Below are positions 1-11,939 of a DNA stretch of 64,000 nucleotides, one piece after another (position 1 is the first letter of the stretch; each line of letters starts with the position of its first letter). The position numbers and the translations under genes were made by a program. Location: NCBI GenBank assembly GCA_964016885.1, contig OZ024744.1:135222001-135286000 (forward strand). Direction: 5' to 3'. The stretch is from Eledone cirrhosa (lineage: Eukaryota). The notes under the pieces were generated by a model. That model made no database searches. It saw only the letters and a list, made by a program, of their open reading frames with translations, and was not told where the DNA came from.

Positions 1-3000
1 GTCAAATTAAGTTGGGGTTAAGTTAAGTTGGAGTTAAGTTAAGTTGGGGTTAAATTAAGTTGGGGTTAAGTTAAGTTGGGGTTAAATTAAGTTGGGGTTA
101 AGTTAAGTTGGGGTTAAGTTAAGTTGGGGTTAAGTTAAGTTGGGGTTGAGTTAAGTTGGGGTTGAGTTAATTTGGGGTTAACTTAAGTTGGGGGTACTTA
201 AGTTGGGTTTAAGTTAAGTGGGTTTAAGTTAAGTTGGGGTTAAGTTAAGTTGGGGTTAAGTTAAGTTGGGGTTAAGTTAGGATGTGGTTAAGTTAAGTTG
301 GGGGTAAGTTAAGTTGGGGGTAAGTTAAGTTGGGGTTAATTTAAGTTGGGTCTAATTAAGTTGGGGTTAAGTTAAGTTGGGGTTAAGTTAAGTTGGGGTT
401 AAATTAAGTTGGGGATAAGTTAAGTTGGGGTTAAGTTAAGTTGGGGGTAAGTTAAGTTGGTGGTAAGTTAAGTTGGGGGTAAGTTAAGATGGGGTTAAGT
501 TAAGTTTGGGTTAAGTTAATTTGGGGTTAAGTTAGGGTTAAGTTAAGTTGGGGTTGAGTTAAGTTGGGGTTAAGTTAAGTTGGGGTTATGTTAAGTTGGG
601 GTTAAGTTAAGTTGGGGTTAAGTTGAGTTGGGGTTGAGTTAAGTTGCGGTTAAGTTAAGTTGGGGTTAAGTTAAGTTGGGGTTAAGTTAAGTTGGGGTTA
701 AGTTAAGTTGGGGTTAATTTAAGTTGGGGTTAAGTCAAGTTGGGGTTAAGTTAAGTTGGGGTTAAGTTAAGTTGGGGTTTAGTTAAGTTGGGGTTAAATT
801 AAGTTGGGGTTAAGTTAAGTTGGGGTTAAGTTAAGTTGGGGTTAAGATAAGTTGGGGTTAAGTTAAGTTGGGGTTGAGATAAGTTGGGGTTGAGTTAATT
901 TGGGGTTAACTTAAGTTGGGGTTAAGTTAAGTTGGGGTTAACTTAAGTTGGGGGTAAGTTAAGTTGGGGGTAAGTTAAGTTGGGGTTAATTTAAGTTGGG
1001 TCTAATTAAGTTCGGGTTAAGTTAAGTTGGAGTTAAGTTAAGTTGGGGTTAAATTAAGTTGGGGTTAAGTTAAGTTGGGGTTAAGTTAAGTTGGGGTTAA
1101 GTTAAGTTGGGGTTAAGTTGGGGGTAAGTTAAGTTGGTGGTAAGTTAAGTTGGGGTAAGTTAAGTTGGGGTTAAGTTAAGTTGGGGTTAAGTTAATTTGG
1201 GGTTAAGTTAGGGTTAAGTTAAGTTGGGGTTGAGTTAAGTTGGGGTTAAGTTAAGTTGGGGTTATGTTAAGTTGGGGTTAAGTTAAGTTGGGGTTAAGTT
1301 AAGTTGGGGTTAATTTAAGTTGGTGTTAAGTTAAGTTGGGGCTAAGTTAAGTTGGGGCTGAGTTAAGTTGGGGCTGAGTTAAGTTGGGGTTGAGTTAAGT
1401 TGGGGTTAAGTTAAGTTGTGGTTGAGTTAAGTTGGGGTTAAGTTAAGTTGGGGTTAAGTTAAGTTGGGGTTCAGTTAAGTTGGGGTTAAGTTAAGTTGGG
1501 GTTAAGATGGGGTTAAATTAAGTTGGGGTTAAGTTAAGTTGGGGTAAGTTAAGTTGGGGTTAAGTTAAGTTAGGGTTAAGTTAAGTCGGCGTTAAGTTAA
1601 GTCGGGGTTAAGTTAAGTTAGGGTTAAGTTAATTTGGGGTTAAGTTAAGTTGGGGTTGAGTTAAGTTGGGGTTGAGTTAAATTGGGGTGGAGTTAAGTTG
1701 GGGTTGAGTTAAGTTGGTGTTGAGTTAAGTTGGGGTTAAGTTAAGTTGGGGTTAAGTTAAGTTGCAGTTAAGTTAAGTTGAGGTTAAGTTAAGTTGGGGT
1801 TAAGTTAAGTTGGGGTTAAGTTAAGTTGGGGCTTAGTTAAGTTGGGGCTAAGTTAAGTTGGGGCTAAGTTAAGTTGGGGTTCAGTTAAGTTGGGGTTAAG
1901 TTAAGTTTGGGTTAAGTTGGGGTTAAATTAAGTTGGGGTTAAGTTAAGTTGGGGTTTAGTTAAGTTGGGGTTAAGTTAAGTTGGGGTTAAGTTAAGTTGG
2001 GGGTGAGTTAAGTTGGGGGTAAGTTAAGTTGGGGGTAAGTTAAGTTGGGGTTAAGTTAAGTTAGGGTTAAGTTAAGTTGGGGTTGAGTTAAGTTGGGGTT
2101 AAGTTAAGTTGGGGTTATGTTAAGTTGGGGTTAAGTTAAGTTGCGGTTAAGTTAAGTTGGGGTTAAGTTAAGTTGGGGTTAAGTTAACTTGGGGTTAAGT
2201 TAAGTTGGGGTTAAGTTAAGTTGGGGTTAAGTTAAGTTGGGGTTAAGTTAGATTGTGGTTAAGTTAAGTGGGGTTAAATTAAGTTGGGGTTAAGTTAAGT
2301 TGGGGTTAAGTTAAGGCGGGGTTAAGTTGAGTTGGGGTTAAGTTAAGTTGGGGTTGAGTTATTTTGGGGTTAACTTAAGTTGGGGGTACTTAAGTTGGGT
2401 TGAAGTTAAGTGGGGTTAAGTTAAGTTGGGGTTAAATTAAGTTGGGGTTAAGTTAAGTTGGGGTTAAGTTAGGTTGTGGTTAAGTTAAGTTGGGGTTAAG
2501 TTAAGTTGGGGTAAGTTAAGTTGGGGGTAAGTTAAGTTGGGGGTAAGTTAAGTTGGGGTTAATTTAAGTTGGGTCAAATTAAGTTGGGGTTAAGTTAAGT
2601 TGGAGTTAAGTTAAGTTGGGGTTAAATTAAGTTGGGGTTAAGTTAAGTTGGGGTTAAGTTAAGTTGGGGTTAAATTAAGTTGGGGGTAAGTTAAGTTGGT
2701 GGTAAGTTAAGTTGGGGGTTAAGTTAAGATGGGGTTAAGTTAAGTTGGGGTTAAGTTAATTTGGGGTTAAGTTAGGGTTAAGTTAAGTTGGGGTTGAGTT
2801 AAGTTGGGGTTAAGTTAAGTTGGGGTTATGTTAAGTTGGGGTTGAGTTAAGTTGGGGTTAAGTTGAGTTGGGGTTCAGTTAAGTTGCGGTTAAGTTAAGT
2901 TGGGGTTAAGTTAAGTTGGGGTTAAGTTAAGTTGGGGTTAATTTAAGTTGGGGTTAAGTTAAGTTGGGGTTAAGTTAAGTTGGGGTTAAGTTAAGTTGGG

Positions 3001-4334
3001 GTTAAGTTAAGTTGGTGTTAAGTTAAGTTGGGGCTAAGTTAAGTTGGGGCTGAGTTAAGTTGGGGCTGAGTTAAGTTGGGGTTAAGTTAAGTTGGGGTTG
3101 AGTTAAGTTGGGGTTAAGTTAAGTTGGGGTTAAGTTAAGTTGGGGTTAAGTTAAGTTGGGGTTAAGTTAAGTTGGGGTTTAGTTAAGTTGGGGTTCAGTT
3201 AAGTTGGAGTTAAGTTAAGTGTGGGTTAAGTTGGGGTTAAATTAAGTTGGGGTTAAGTTAAGTTGGGGTTAAGTTAAGTTGGGGTTAAGTTAAGTTGGGG
3301 TTAATTTAACTTGGGCTTAAGTTAAGTTGGGGTTAAGTTAAGTTGGGGTTAAGTTAAGTTGGGGTTAAGTTAGATTGTGGTTAAGTTAAGTTGGGGTTAA
3401 GTTAAGTTGGGGTTAAGTTAAGTTGGGGTTAAGTTAAGTTGGGGTTAAGTTAAGGCGGGGTTAATTTGAGTTGGGGTTAAGTTAAGTTGGTGTTAAGTTA
3501 AGTTGGGGTTGAATTAATTTGGGGTTAACTTAAGTTGGGGGTACTTAAGTTGGGTTTAAGTTAAGTGGGGTTAAGTTAAGTTGGGGTTAAGTTAAGTTGG
3601 GGTTAAGTTAAGTTGGGGTTAAGTTAGGTTGTGGTTAAGTTAAGTTGGGGGTAAGTTAAGTTGGGGGTAAGTTAAGTTGGGGTTAATTTAAGTTGGGTCT
3701 AATTAAGTTGGGGTTAAGTTAAGTTGGGGTTAAGTTAAGTTGGGGTTGAGTTAATTTGGGGTTAACTTAAGTTGGGGGTACTTAAGTTGGGTTTAAGTTA
3801 AGTGAGGTTAAGTTAAGTTGGGGTTAAGTTAAGTTGGGGTTAAGTTAAGTTGGGGGTAAGTTAAGTTGGGGGTAAGTTAAGTTGGTGTTAATTTAAGTTG
3901 GGTCAAATTAAGTTGGGGTTAAGTTAAGTTGGAGTTAAGTTAAGTTGGGGTTAAATTAAGTTGGGGTTAAGTTAAGTTGGGGTTAAGTTAAGTTGGGGGT
4001 AAGTTAAGATGGGGTTAAGTTAAGTTGGGGTTAAGTTAATTTGGGGTTAAGTTAGGGTTAAGTTAAGTTGGGGTTGAGTTAAGTTGGGGTTAAGTTAAGT
4101 TGGGGTTATGTTAAGTTGGGGTTAAGTTAAGTTGGGGTTAAGTTGAGTTGGGGTTCAGTTAAGTTGCGGTTAAGTTAAGTTGGGGTTAAGTTAAGTTGGG
4201 GTTAAGTTAAGTTGGGGTTAAGTTAAGTTGGGGTTAATTTAAGTTGGGGTTAAGTTAGGATGTGGTTAAGTTAAGTTGGGGGTAAGTTAAGTTGGGGTTA
4301 ATTTAAGTTGGGGTTAAGTTAGGATGTGGTTAAG

Positions 4335-5005
4335 TTAAGTTGGGGTTAATTTAAATTGGGGTTAAGTTAACTTTGTGGTTAAGTTAAGTTGGGGTTTATT
4401 TAAGTTGGGGTTAAGTTAAGTTGGGGTTAAGTTAAGTTGGGGTTGAGTTAAGTTGGGGTTAAGTTAAGTTGGGGTTAAGTTAAGTTGGGGTTAAGTTAAG
4501 TTGGGGTTAAGTTAAGTTGGAGTTAAGTTAAGTTGGTCTTAAGTTAAGTTGGGGCAAAGTTAAGTTGGGGCTGAGTTAAGTTGGGGCTGATTTAAGTTGG
4601 GGTTAAGTTAAGTTGGGGTTGAGTTAAGTTGGGGTTAAGTTAAGTTGGGGTTAAATTAAGTGGTGGTTATGTTAAGTTGGGGTTAAGTTAAGTTGGGGTT
4701 AATTTAAATTGGGGTTAAGTTAACTTTGTGGTTAAGTTAAGTTGGGGTTTATTTAAGTTGGGGTTAAGTTAAGTTGGGGTTAAGTTAAGTTGGGGTTGAG
4801 TTAAGTTGGGGTTAAGTTAAGTTGGGGTTAAGTTAAGTTGGGGTTAAGTTAAGTTGGGGTTAAGTTAAGTTGAAGTTAAGTTAAGTTGGTCTTAAGTTAA
4901 GTTGGGGCAAAGTTAAGTTGGGGCTGAGTTAAGTTGGGGCTGATTTAAGTTGGGGTTAAGTTAAGTTGGGGTTGAGTTAAGTTGGGGTTAAGTTAAGTTG
5001 GGGTT
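4335..5005 (+). repeat. Local tandem duplication with 353-bp offset (about 22 monomers)
   Basis: Variants seen only here, each twice: ctttgtgg 4371/4724, ggggcaaag 4551/4904, plus ggtcttaag and ggggctgattt. Confidence 0.88.
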
Positions 5006-8000
5006 AATTTAAGTTGGGGTTAAGTTAAGTTGGGGTTAAGTTAAGTTGGGGTTGAGTTAAGTTGGGGTTAAGTTAAGTTGGGGTTAAGTTAAGTTGGTGT
5101 TAAGTTAAGTTGGGGCTAAATTAAGTTGGGGCTGAGTTAAGTTGGGGTTAAGTTAAGTTGGGGTTGAGTTAAGTTGGGGTTAAGTTAAGTTGGGGTTAAG
5201 TTAAGTTGGGGTTAAGTTAAGTTGGGGTTAAGTTAAGTTGGGGTTGAGTTAAGTTGGGGTTAAGTTAAGTTGGGGTTCAGTTAAGTTGGGGTTAAGTTAA
5301 GTTGGGGTTAAGATGGAGTTAAATTAAGTTGGGGTTAAGTTAAGTTGGGGTTAAGTTAAGTCGGGGTTAAGTTAAGTCGGGGTTAAGTTAAGTTAGGGTT
5401 AAGTTAAGTTGGAGTTAAGTTAAGTTGGGGTTGAGTTAAGTTGGGGTTGAGTTAAATTGGGGTGGAGTTAATTTGGGGTTGAGTTAATTTGGTGTTGAGT
5501 TAAGTTGGGGGTTAAGTTAAGTTGGGGTTAAGTTAAGTTGGGGTTAAGTTAAGTTGGGGTTAAGTTAAGTTGGTGTTAAGTTAAGTTGGGGCTAAGTTAA
5601 GTTGGGGCTGAGTTAAGTTGGGGTTAAGTTAAGTTGGGGTTGAGTTAAGTTGGGGTTTAGTTAAGTTGGGGTTCAGTTAAGTTGGGGTTAAGTTAAGTTT
5701 GGGTTAAGTTGGGGTTAAATTGAGTTGGGGTTAAGTTAAGTTGGGGTTTAGTTAAGTTGGGGTTAAGTTAAGTTGGGGTTAATTTAAGTTGGGGTTAAGT
5801 TAAGTTGCGGGTAATTTAAGTTGGGGTTAAGTTAAGTTGGGGTTAAGTTAAGTTGGGGTTAAGTTAAGTTGGGGTTAAGTTAAGTTGGGGGTAAGTTAAG
5901 TTGGGGGTAAGTTAAGTTGGGGGTAAGTTAAGTTGGGGTTAAGTTAAGTTAGGGTTAAGTTAAGTTGGGGTTGAGTTAAGTTGGGGTTAAGTTAAGTTGG
6001 GGTTATGTTAAGTTGGGGTTAAGTTAAGTTGCGGTTAAGTTAAGTTGGGGTTAAGTTAAGTTGGGCTTAAGTTAACTTGGGGTTAAGTTAAGTTGGGGTT
6101 AAGTTAAGTTGGGGTTAAGTTAAGTTGGGGTTAAGTTAGATTGTGGTTAAGTTAAGTTGGGGTTAAGTTAAGTTGGGGTTAAGTTAAGGCGGGGTTAAGT
6201 TGAGTTGGGGTTAAGTTAAGTTGGGGTTAAGTTAAGTTGGGGTTGAGTTAATTTGGGGTTAACTTAAGTTGGGGGTACTTAAGTTGTGTTTAAGTTAAGT
6301 GGGGTTAATTTAAGTTGGGGTTAAGTTAAGTTGGGGTTAAGTTAAGTTGGGGGTAAATTAAGTTGGGGTTAATTTAAGTTGGGTCTAATTAAGTTGGTGT
6401 TAAGTTAAGTTGGGGTTAAGTTAAGTTGGGGTTGAGTTAATTTGGGGTTAACTTAAGTTGGGGGTACTTAAGTTGGGTTTAAGTTAAGTGAGGTTAAGTT
6501 AAGTTGGGGTTAAGTTAAGTTGGGGTTAAGTTAAGTTGGGGGTAAGTTAAGTTGGGGGTAAGTTAAGTTGGGGTTAATTTAAGTTGGGTCAAATTAAGTT
6601 GGGGTTAAGTTAAGTTGGAGTTAAGTTAAGTTGGGGTTAAATTAAGTTGGGGTTAAGTTAAGTTGGGGTTAAGTTAAGTTGGGGTTAAGTTAAGTTGGGG
6701 TTGAGTTAAGTTGGGGTTGAGTTAATTTGGGGTTAATTTAAGTTGGGGGTACTTAAGTTGTGTTTAAGTTAAGTGGGGTTAAGTTAAGTTGGGGTTAAGT
6801 TAAGTTGGGGTTAATTTAAGTTGGGGTTAAGTTAAGTTGGGGTTAAGTTAAGTTGGGGTTAAATTAAGTTGGGGTTAAATTAAGTTGGGGTTAAGTTAAG
6901 TTGGGGGTAAGTTAAGTTGGGGGCAAGTTAAGTTGGGGTTTAGTTAAGTTGGGGTTGAATTAAGTTGGGGTTAAGTTAAGTTGGTGTTAAGTTAAGTTGG
7001 GGTTTATTTAAGTTGGGGTTAATTAAGTTGGGGTTAAGTTAAGTTGGGGTTAAGTTAAGTTGGGGTTAATTTAAGTTGGGGTTGAGTTAAGTTGGGGTTA
7101 AGTTAAGTTGGGGTTAAGTTAAGTTGGTGTTAAGTTAAGTTGGGGCTAAGTTAAGTTGGGGCTGAGTTAAGTTGGGGCTGAGTTAAGTTGGGGTTAAGTT
7201 AAGTTGGGGTTGAGTTAAGTTGGGGTTAAGTTAAGTTGGGGTTAAGTTCAGTTGGGGTTAAGTTAAGTTGGGGTTAAGTTAAGTTGGGGTTTAGTTAAGT
7301 TGGGGTTCAGTTAAGTTGGGGTTAAGTTAAGTTTGGGTTAAGTTGGGGTTAAATTAAGTTGGGGTTAAGTTAAGTTGGGGTTATGTTAAGTTGGGGTTAA
7401 GTTAAGTTGCGGTTAAGTTAAGTTGGGGTTAAGTTAAGTTGGGGTTAATTTAGATTGGGGTTAAGTTAAGGCGGGGTTAAGTTGAGTTGGGGTTAAGTTA
7501 AGTTGGGGTTAAGTTAAGTTGGGGTTGAGTTAATTTGGGGTTAACTTAAGTTGGGGGTACTTAAGTTGGGTTTAAGTTAAGTGGGGTTCAGTTAAGTTGG
7601 GGTTAAGTTAAGTTGGGGTTAAGTTAAGTTGGGGTTAAGTTAGGTTGTGGTTAAGTTAAGTTGGGGGTAAGTTAAGTTGGGGGTAAGTTAAGTTGGGGTT
7701 AATTTAAGTTGGGTCTAATTAAGTTGGGGTTAAGTTAAGTTGGGGTTAAGTTAAGTTGGGGTTGAGTTAATTTGGGGTTAACTTAAGTTGGGGGTACTTA
7801 AGTTGGGTTTAAGTTAAGTGGGGTTAAGTTAAGTTGGGGTTAAGTTAAGTTGGGGGTAAGTTAAGTTGAGGGTAAGTTAAGTTGGGGTTAATTTAAGTTG
7901 GGTCAAATTAAGTTGGGGTTAAGTTAAGTTGGAGTTAAGTTAAGTTGGGGTTAAATTAAGTTGGGGTTAAGTTAAGTTGGGGTTTAGTTAAGTTGGGGTT

Positions 8001-11000
8001 AAGTTAAGTCGGGGTTAATTTAAGTTGGGGTTAAGTTAAGTTGCGGGTAATTTAAGTTGGAGTTAAGTTAAGTTGGGGTTAAGTTAAGTTGGGGTTAAGT
8101 TAAGTTGGGGTTAAGTTAAGTTGGGGTTAAGTTAAGTTAGGGGTAAGTTAAGTTGGGGGTAAGTTAAGTTGGGGGTAAGTTAAGTTGGGGTTAAGTTAAG
8201 TTGGGGTTAAGATAAGTTAGGGTTAAGGTAAGTTGGGGTTGAGTTAAGTTGGGGTTAAGTTAAGTTGGGGTTATGTTAAGTTGGGGTTAAGTTAAGTTGC
8301 GGTTAAGTTAAGTTGGGGTTAAGTGAAGTTGGGGTTAAGTTAACTTGGGGTTAAGTTAAGTTGGGGTTAAGTTAAGTTGGGGTTCAGTTAGATTGTGGTT
8401 AAGTTAAGTTGGGGTTAAGTTAAGTTGGGGTTAAGTTAAGTTGGGGTTAAGTCAAGGCGGGGTTAAGTTGAGTTGGGGTTAAGTTAAGTTGGGGTTAAGT
8501 TAAGTTGGGGTTGAGTTAATTTGGGGTTAACTTAAGTTGGGGGTACTTAAGTTGGGTTTAAGTTAAGTGGGGTTAAGTTAAGTTGGGGTTAAGTTAAGTT
8601 GGGGTTAAGTTAAGTTGGGGTTAAGTTAGGTTGTGGTTAAGTTAAGTTGGGGGTAAGTTAAGTTGGGGGTAAGTTAAGTTGGGGTTAATTTAAGTTGGGT
8701 CTAATTAAGTTGGGGTTAAGTTAAGTTGGGGTTAAGTTAAGTTGGGGTTGAGTTAATTTGGGGTTAACTTAAGTTGGGGGTACTTAAGTTGGGTTTAAGT
8801 TAAGTGGGGTTAAGTTAAGTTGGGGTTAAGTTAAATTGGGGGTAAGTTAAGTTGGGGGTAAGTTAAGTTGGAGTTAATTTAAGTTGGGTCAAAATAAGTT
8901 GGGGTTAAGTTAAGTTGGGGTTAAGTTAAGTTGGGGTTAAATTAAGTTGGGGTTAAGTTAAGTTGGGGTTAAGTTAAGTTGGGGTTAAGTTAAGTTGGGA
9001 GTCAGTTAAGTTGGTGGTAAGTTAAGTTGGGGGTAAGTTAAGATGGGGTTGAGTTAAGTTGGGGTTAAGTTAAGTTGGGGGTAAGTTAAGTTGGGGGTAA
9101 GTTAAGTTGGGGTTAATTTAAGTTGGGTCAAATTAAGTTGGGGTTAAGTTAAGTTGGGGTTAAGTTAAGTTGGGGTTAAATTAAGTTGGAGTTAAGTTAA
9201 GTTGGGGTTAAATTAAGTTGGGGTTAAGTTAAGTTGGGGTTTAGTTAAGTTGGGGTTAAGTTAAGTTGGGGGTAAGTTAAGTTGGTGGTAAGTTAAGTTG
9301 GGGGTAAGTTAAGATGGGGTTAAGTTAAGTTGGGGTTAAGTTAATTTGGGGTTAAGTTAGGGTTAAGTTAAGTTGGGGTTGAGTTAAGTTGGGGTTAAGT
9401 TAAGTTGGGGTTATGTTAAGTTGGGGTTAAGGTAAGTTGGGGTTAAGATGAGTTGGGGTTCAGTTAAGTTGCGGTTAAGTTAAGTTGGGGTTAAGTTAAG
9501 TTTGGGTTAAGTTAAGTTGGGGTTAAGTTAAGTTGGCGTTAATTTAAGTTGGGGTTAAGTTAAGTTGGGGTTAAGTTAAGTTGGGGTTAAATTAAGTTGG
9601 GGTTAAGTTAAGTTGTGGTTAATTTAAGTTGGGGTTAAGATAAGTTGGGGTTAAGTTAAGTTGGGTTTGAGTTAAGTTGGGGTTGAGTTAATTTGGAGTT
9701 AACTTAAGTTGGGGGTACTTAATTTGGGTTTAAGTTAAGTGGGGTTAAGTTAAGTTGGGGTTAAGTTAAGTTGGGGTTAAGTTAAGTTGGGGTTAAGTTA
9801 GGTTGTGGTTAAGTTAAGTTGGGGGTAAGTTAAGTTGGGGGTAAGTTAAGTTGGGGTTAATTTAAGTTGGGTCTAATTAAGTTGGGGTTAAGTTAAGTTG
9901 GCGTTAAGTTAAGTTGGGGTTAAATTAAGTTGGGGTTAAGTTAAGTTGGGGTTAAATTAATTTGGGGTTAAGTTAAGTTGGGGTTAAGTTAAATTGGGGT
10001 TAAGTTAAGTTGGGGTTAAGTTAAGTTGGGGGTAAGTTAAGTTGGTGGTAAGTTAAGTTGGGGTAAGTTAAGTTGGGGTTAAGTTAAGTTGGGGTTATGT
10101 TAAGTTGGTGTTAAGTTGAGTTGGGGTTAAGTTAAGTTGGGGTTAAATTAAGTTGGGGTTAAGTTAAGTTGGGGTTAATTTAAGTTGGGGTTCAGTTAAG
10201 TTGCGGTTATGTTAAGTTGGGGTTAAGTTAAGTTGGGGTTAAGTTAAGTTGGGGTTAAGTTAAGTTGGGGTTAAGTTAAGTTGGGGTTAATTTAAGTTGG
10301 GGTTAAGTTAAGTTGGGGTTAAGTTAATTTGTGGTTAAGTTAAGTTGGGGTTAAGTTCAGTTGGGGTTAAGTTCAGTCGGGGTTAAGTTAAGTTGGGGTT
10401 GAGTTAAGTTGGGGTTAAGTTAAGTTGGGGTTGAGTTAAGTTGGGGTTAAGTTAAGTTGGTGTTAAGATAAGTTGGGGTTAAGTTAAGTTGGGGTTGAGT
10501 TATGTTGGGGTTGATTTAATTTGGGGTTAAGTTAAGTTGGGGTAAACTTAAGTTGGGTTTAAGTTAAGTTGGGTTTAAGTTAAGTTGGGGTTAAATTAAG
10601 TTGGGGTTAAGTTAAGTTGGGGGTAAGTTATGTTGGGGTTAGTTAAGTTGCGGTTAAGTTAAGTTGGGGTTAAGTTAAGTTGGGGTTAAGTTAAGTTGGG
10701 GTTAAGTTAAGTTGGGGTTAATTTAAGTTGGGGTTAAGTTAAGTTGGGGTTAATTTAAGTTGGGGTTAATTTAAGTTGGGGTTAAGTTAAGTTGGGGTTA
10801 AGTTAAGTTGGGGTTAAGTTAAGTTGTGGGTAAGTTAAGTTGGGGGTGAGTTAAGTTGGGGTTAATTTAAGTTGGGGTTAAGTTGGGGTTAAGTTAAGTT
10901 AGGGTTAAGTTAAGTTGGGTTGAGTTAAGTTGGGGTTAAGTTAAGTGGTGGTTATGTTAAGTTGGGGTTTAGTTAAGTTGGGGTTAAGTTAAAATGGGGT

Positions 11001-11939
11001 TAAGTTAAGTTGCGGTTAAGTTAAGTTGGGGTTAAGTTAAGTTGGGGTTAAGTTAAGTTGGGGTTAAGTTAAGTTGGGGTTAAGTTAAGTCGGGGTTAAG
11101 ATAAGTTGGGGTTAAGTTGGGGTTAAGTTAAGTTGGGATTAAGTTAATTTGGGGTTAAGTTAAGTTGGGGTTAAGTTAAGTTGGGGTTAAGTTAAGTTGA
11201 GGTTAAGTTAAGTTGGGGTTAAATTAAGTTGGGGTTAAGTTAAGCTGGAGTTAAGTTAAGTTGGGGTTAATTAAATTGGGTTTCAGTTAAGTTGGGGTTA
11301 ATTTAAGTTGGGGTTAAGTTAAGTTGGGGTTAAGTTAAGTTGGTTAGTTAAGTTGAGTTTAAGTTAAGTTGGGGTTAAGTTAAGTTGCGGTTAAATTAAG
11401 TTGGGGTTAAGTTAAGTTGGGGTTAAGTTAAGTTGGGGTTAAGTTAAGTTGGGGTTAAGTTAAGTTGGGGTTAAGTTAAGTTGGTGTTAAGTTAAGTTGG
11501 GGCTAAGTTAAGTTGGGGCTGAGTTAAGTTGGGGCTGAGTTAAGTTGGGGTTAAGTTAAGTTGGGGTTGAGTTAAGTTGGGGTTAAGTTAAGTTGGGGTT
11601 AAGTTAAGTTGGGGTTAAGTTAAGTTGGGGTTAAGTTAAGTTGGGGTTTAGTTAAGTTGGGGTTCAGTTAAGTTGGGGTTAAGTTAAGTTTGGGTTAAGT
11701 TGGGGTTAAATTAAGTTGGGGTTAAGTTAAGTTGGGGTTTAGTTAAGTTGGGGTTAAGTTAAGTCGGGGTTAATTTAAGTTGGGGTTAAGTTAAGTTGCG
11801 GGTAATTTAAGTTGGAGTTAAGTTAAGTTGGGGTTAAGTTAAGTTGGGTTTAAGTTAAGTTGGGGTTAAGTTAAGTTGGGGTTAAGTTAAGTTAGGGGTA
11901 AGTTAAGTTGGGGGTAAGTTAAGTTGGGGGTAAGTTAAG

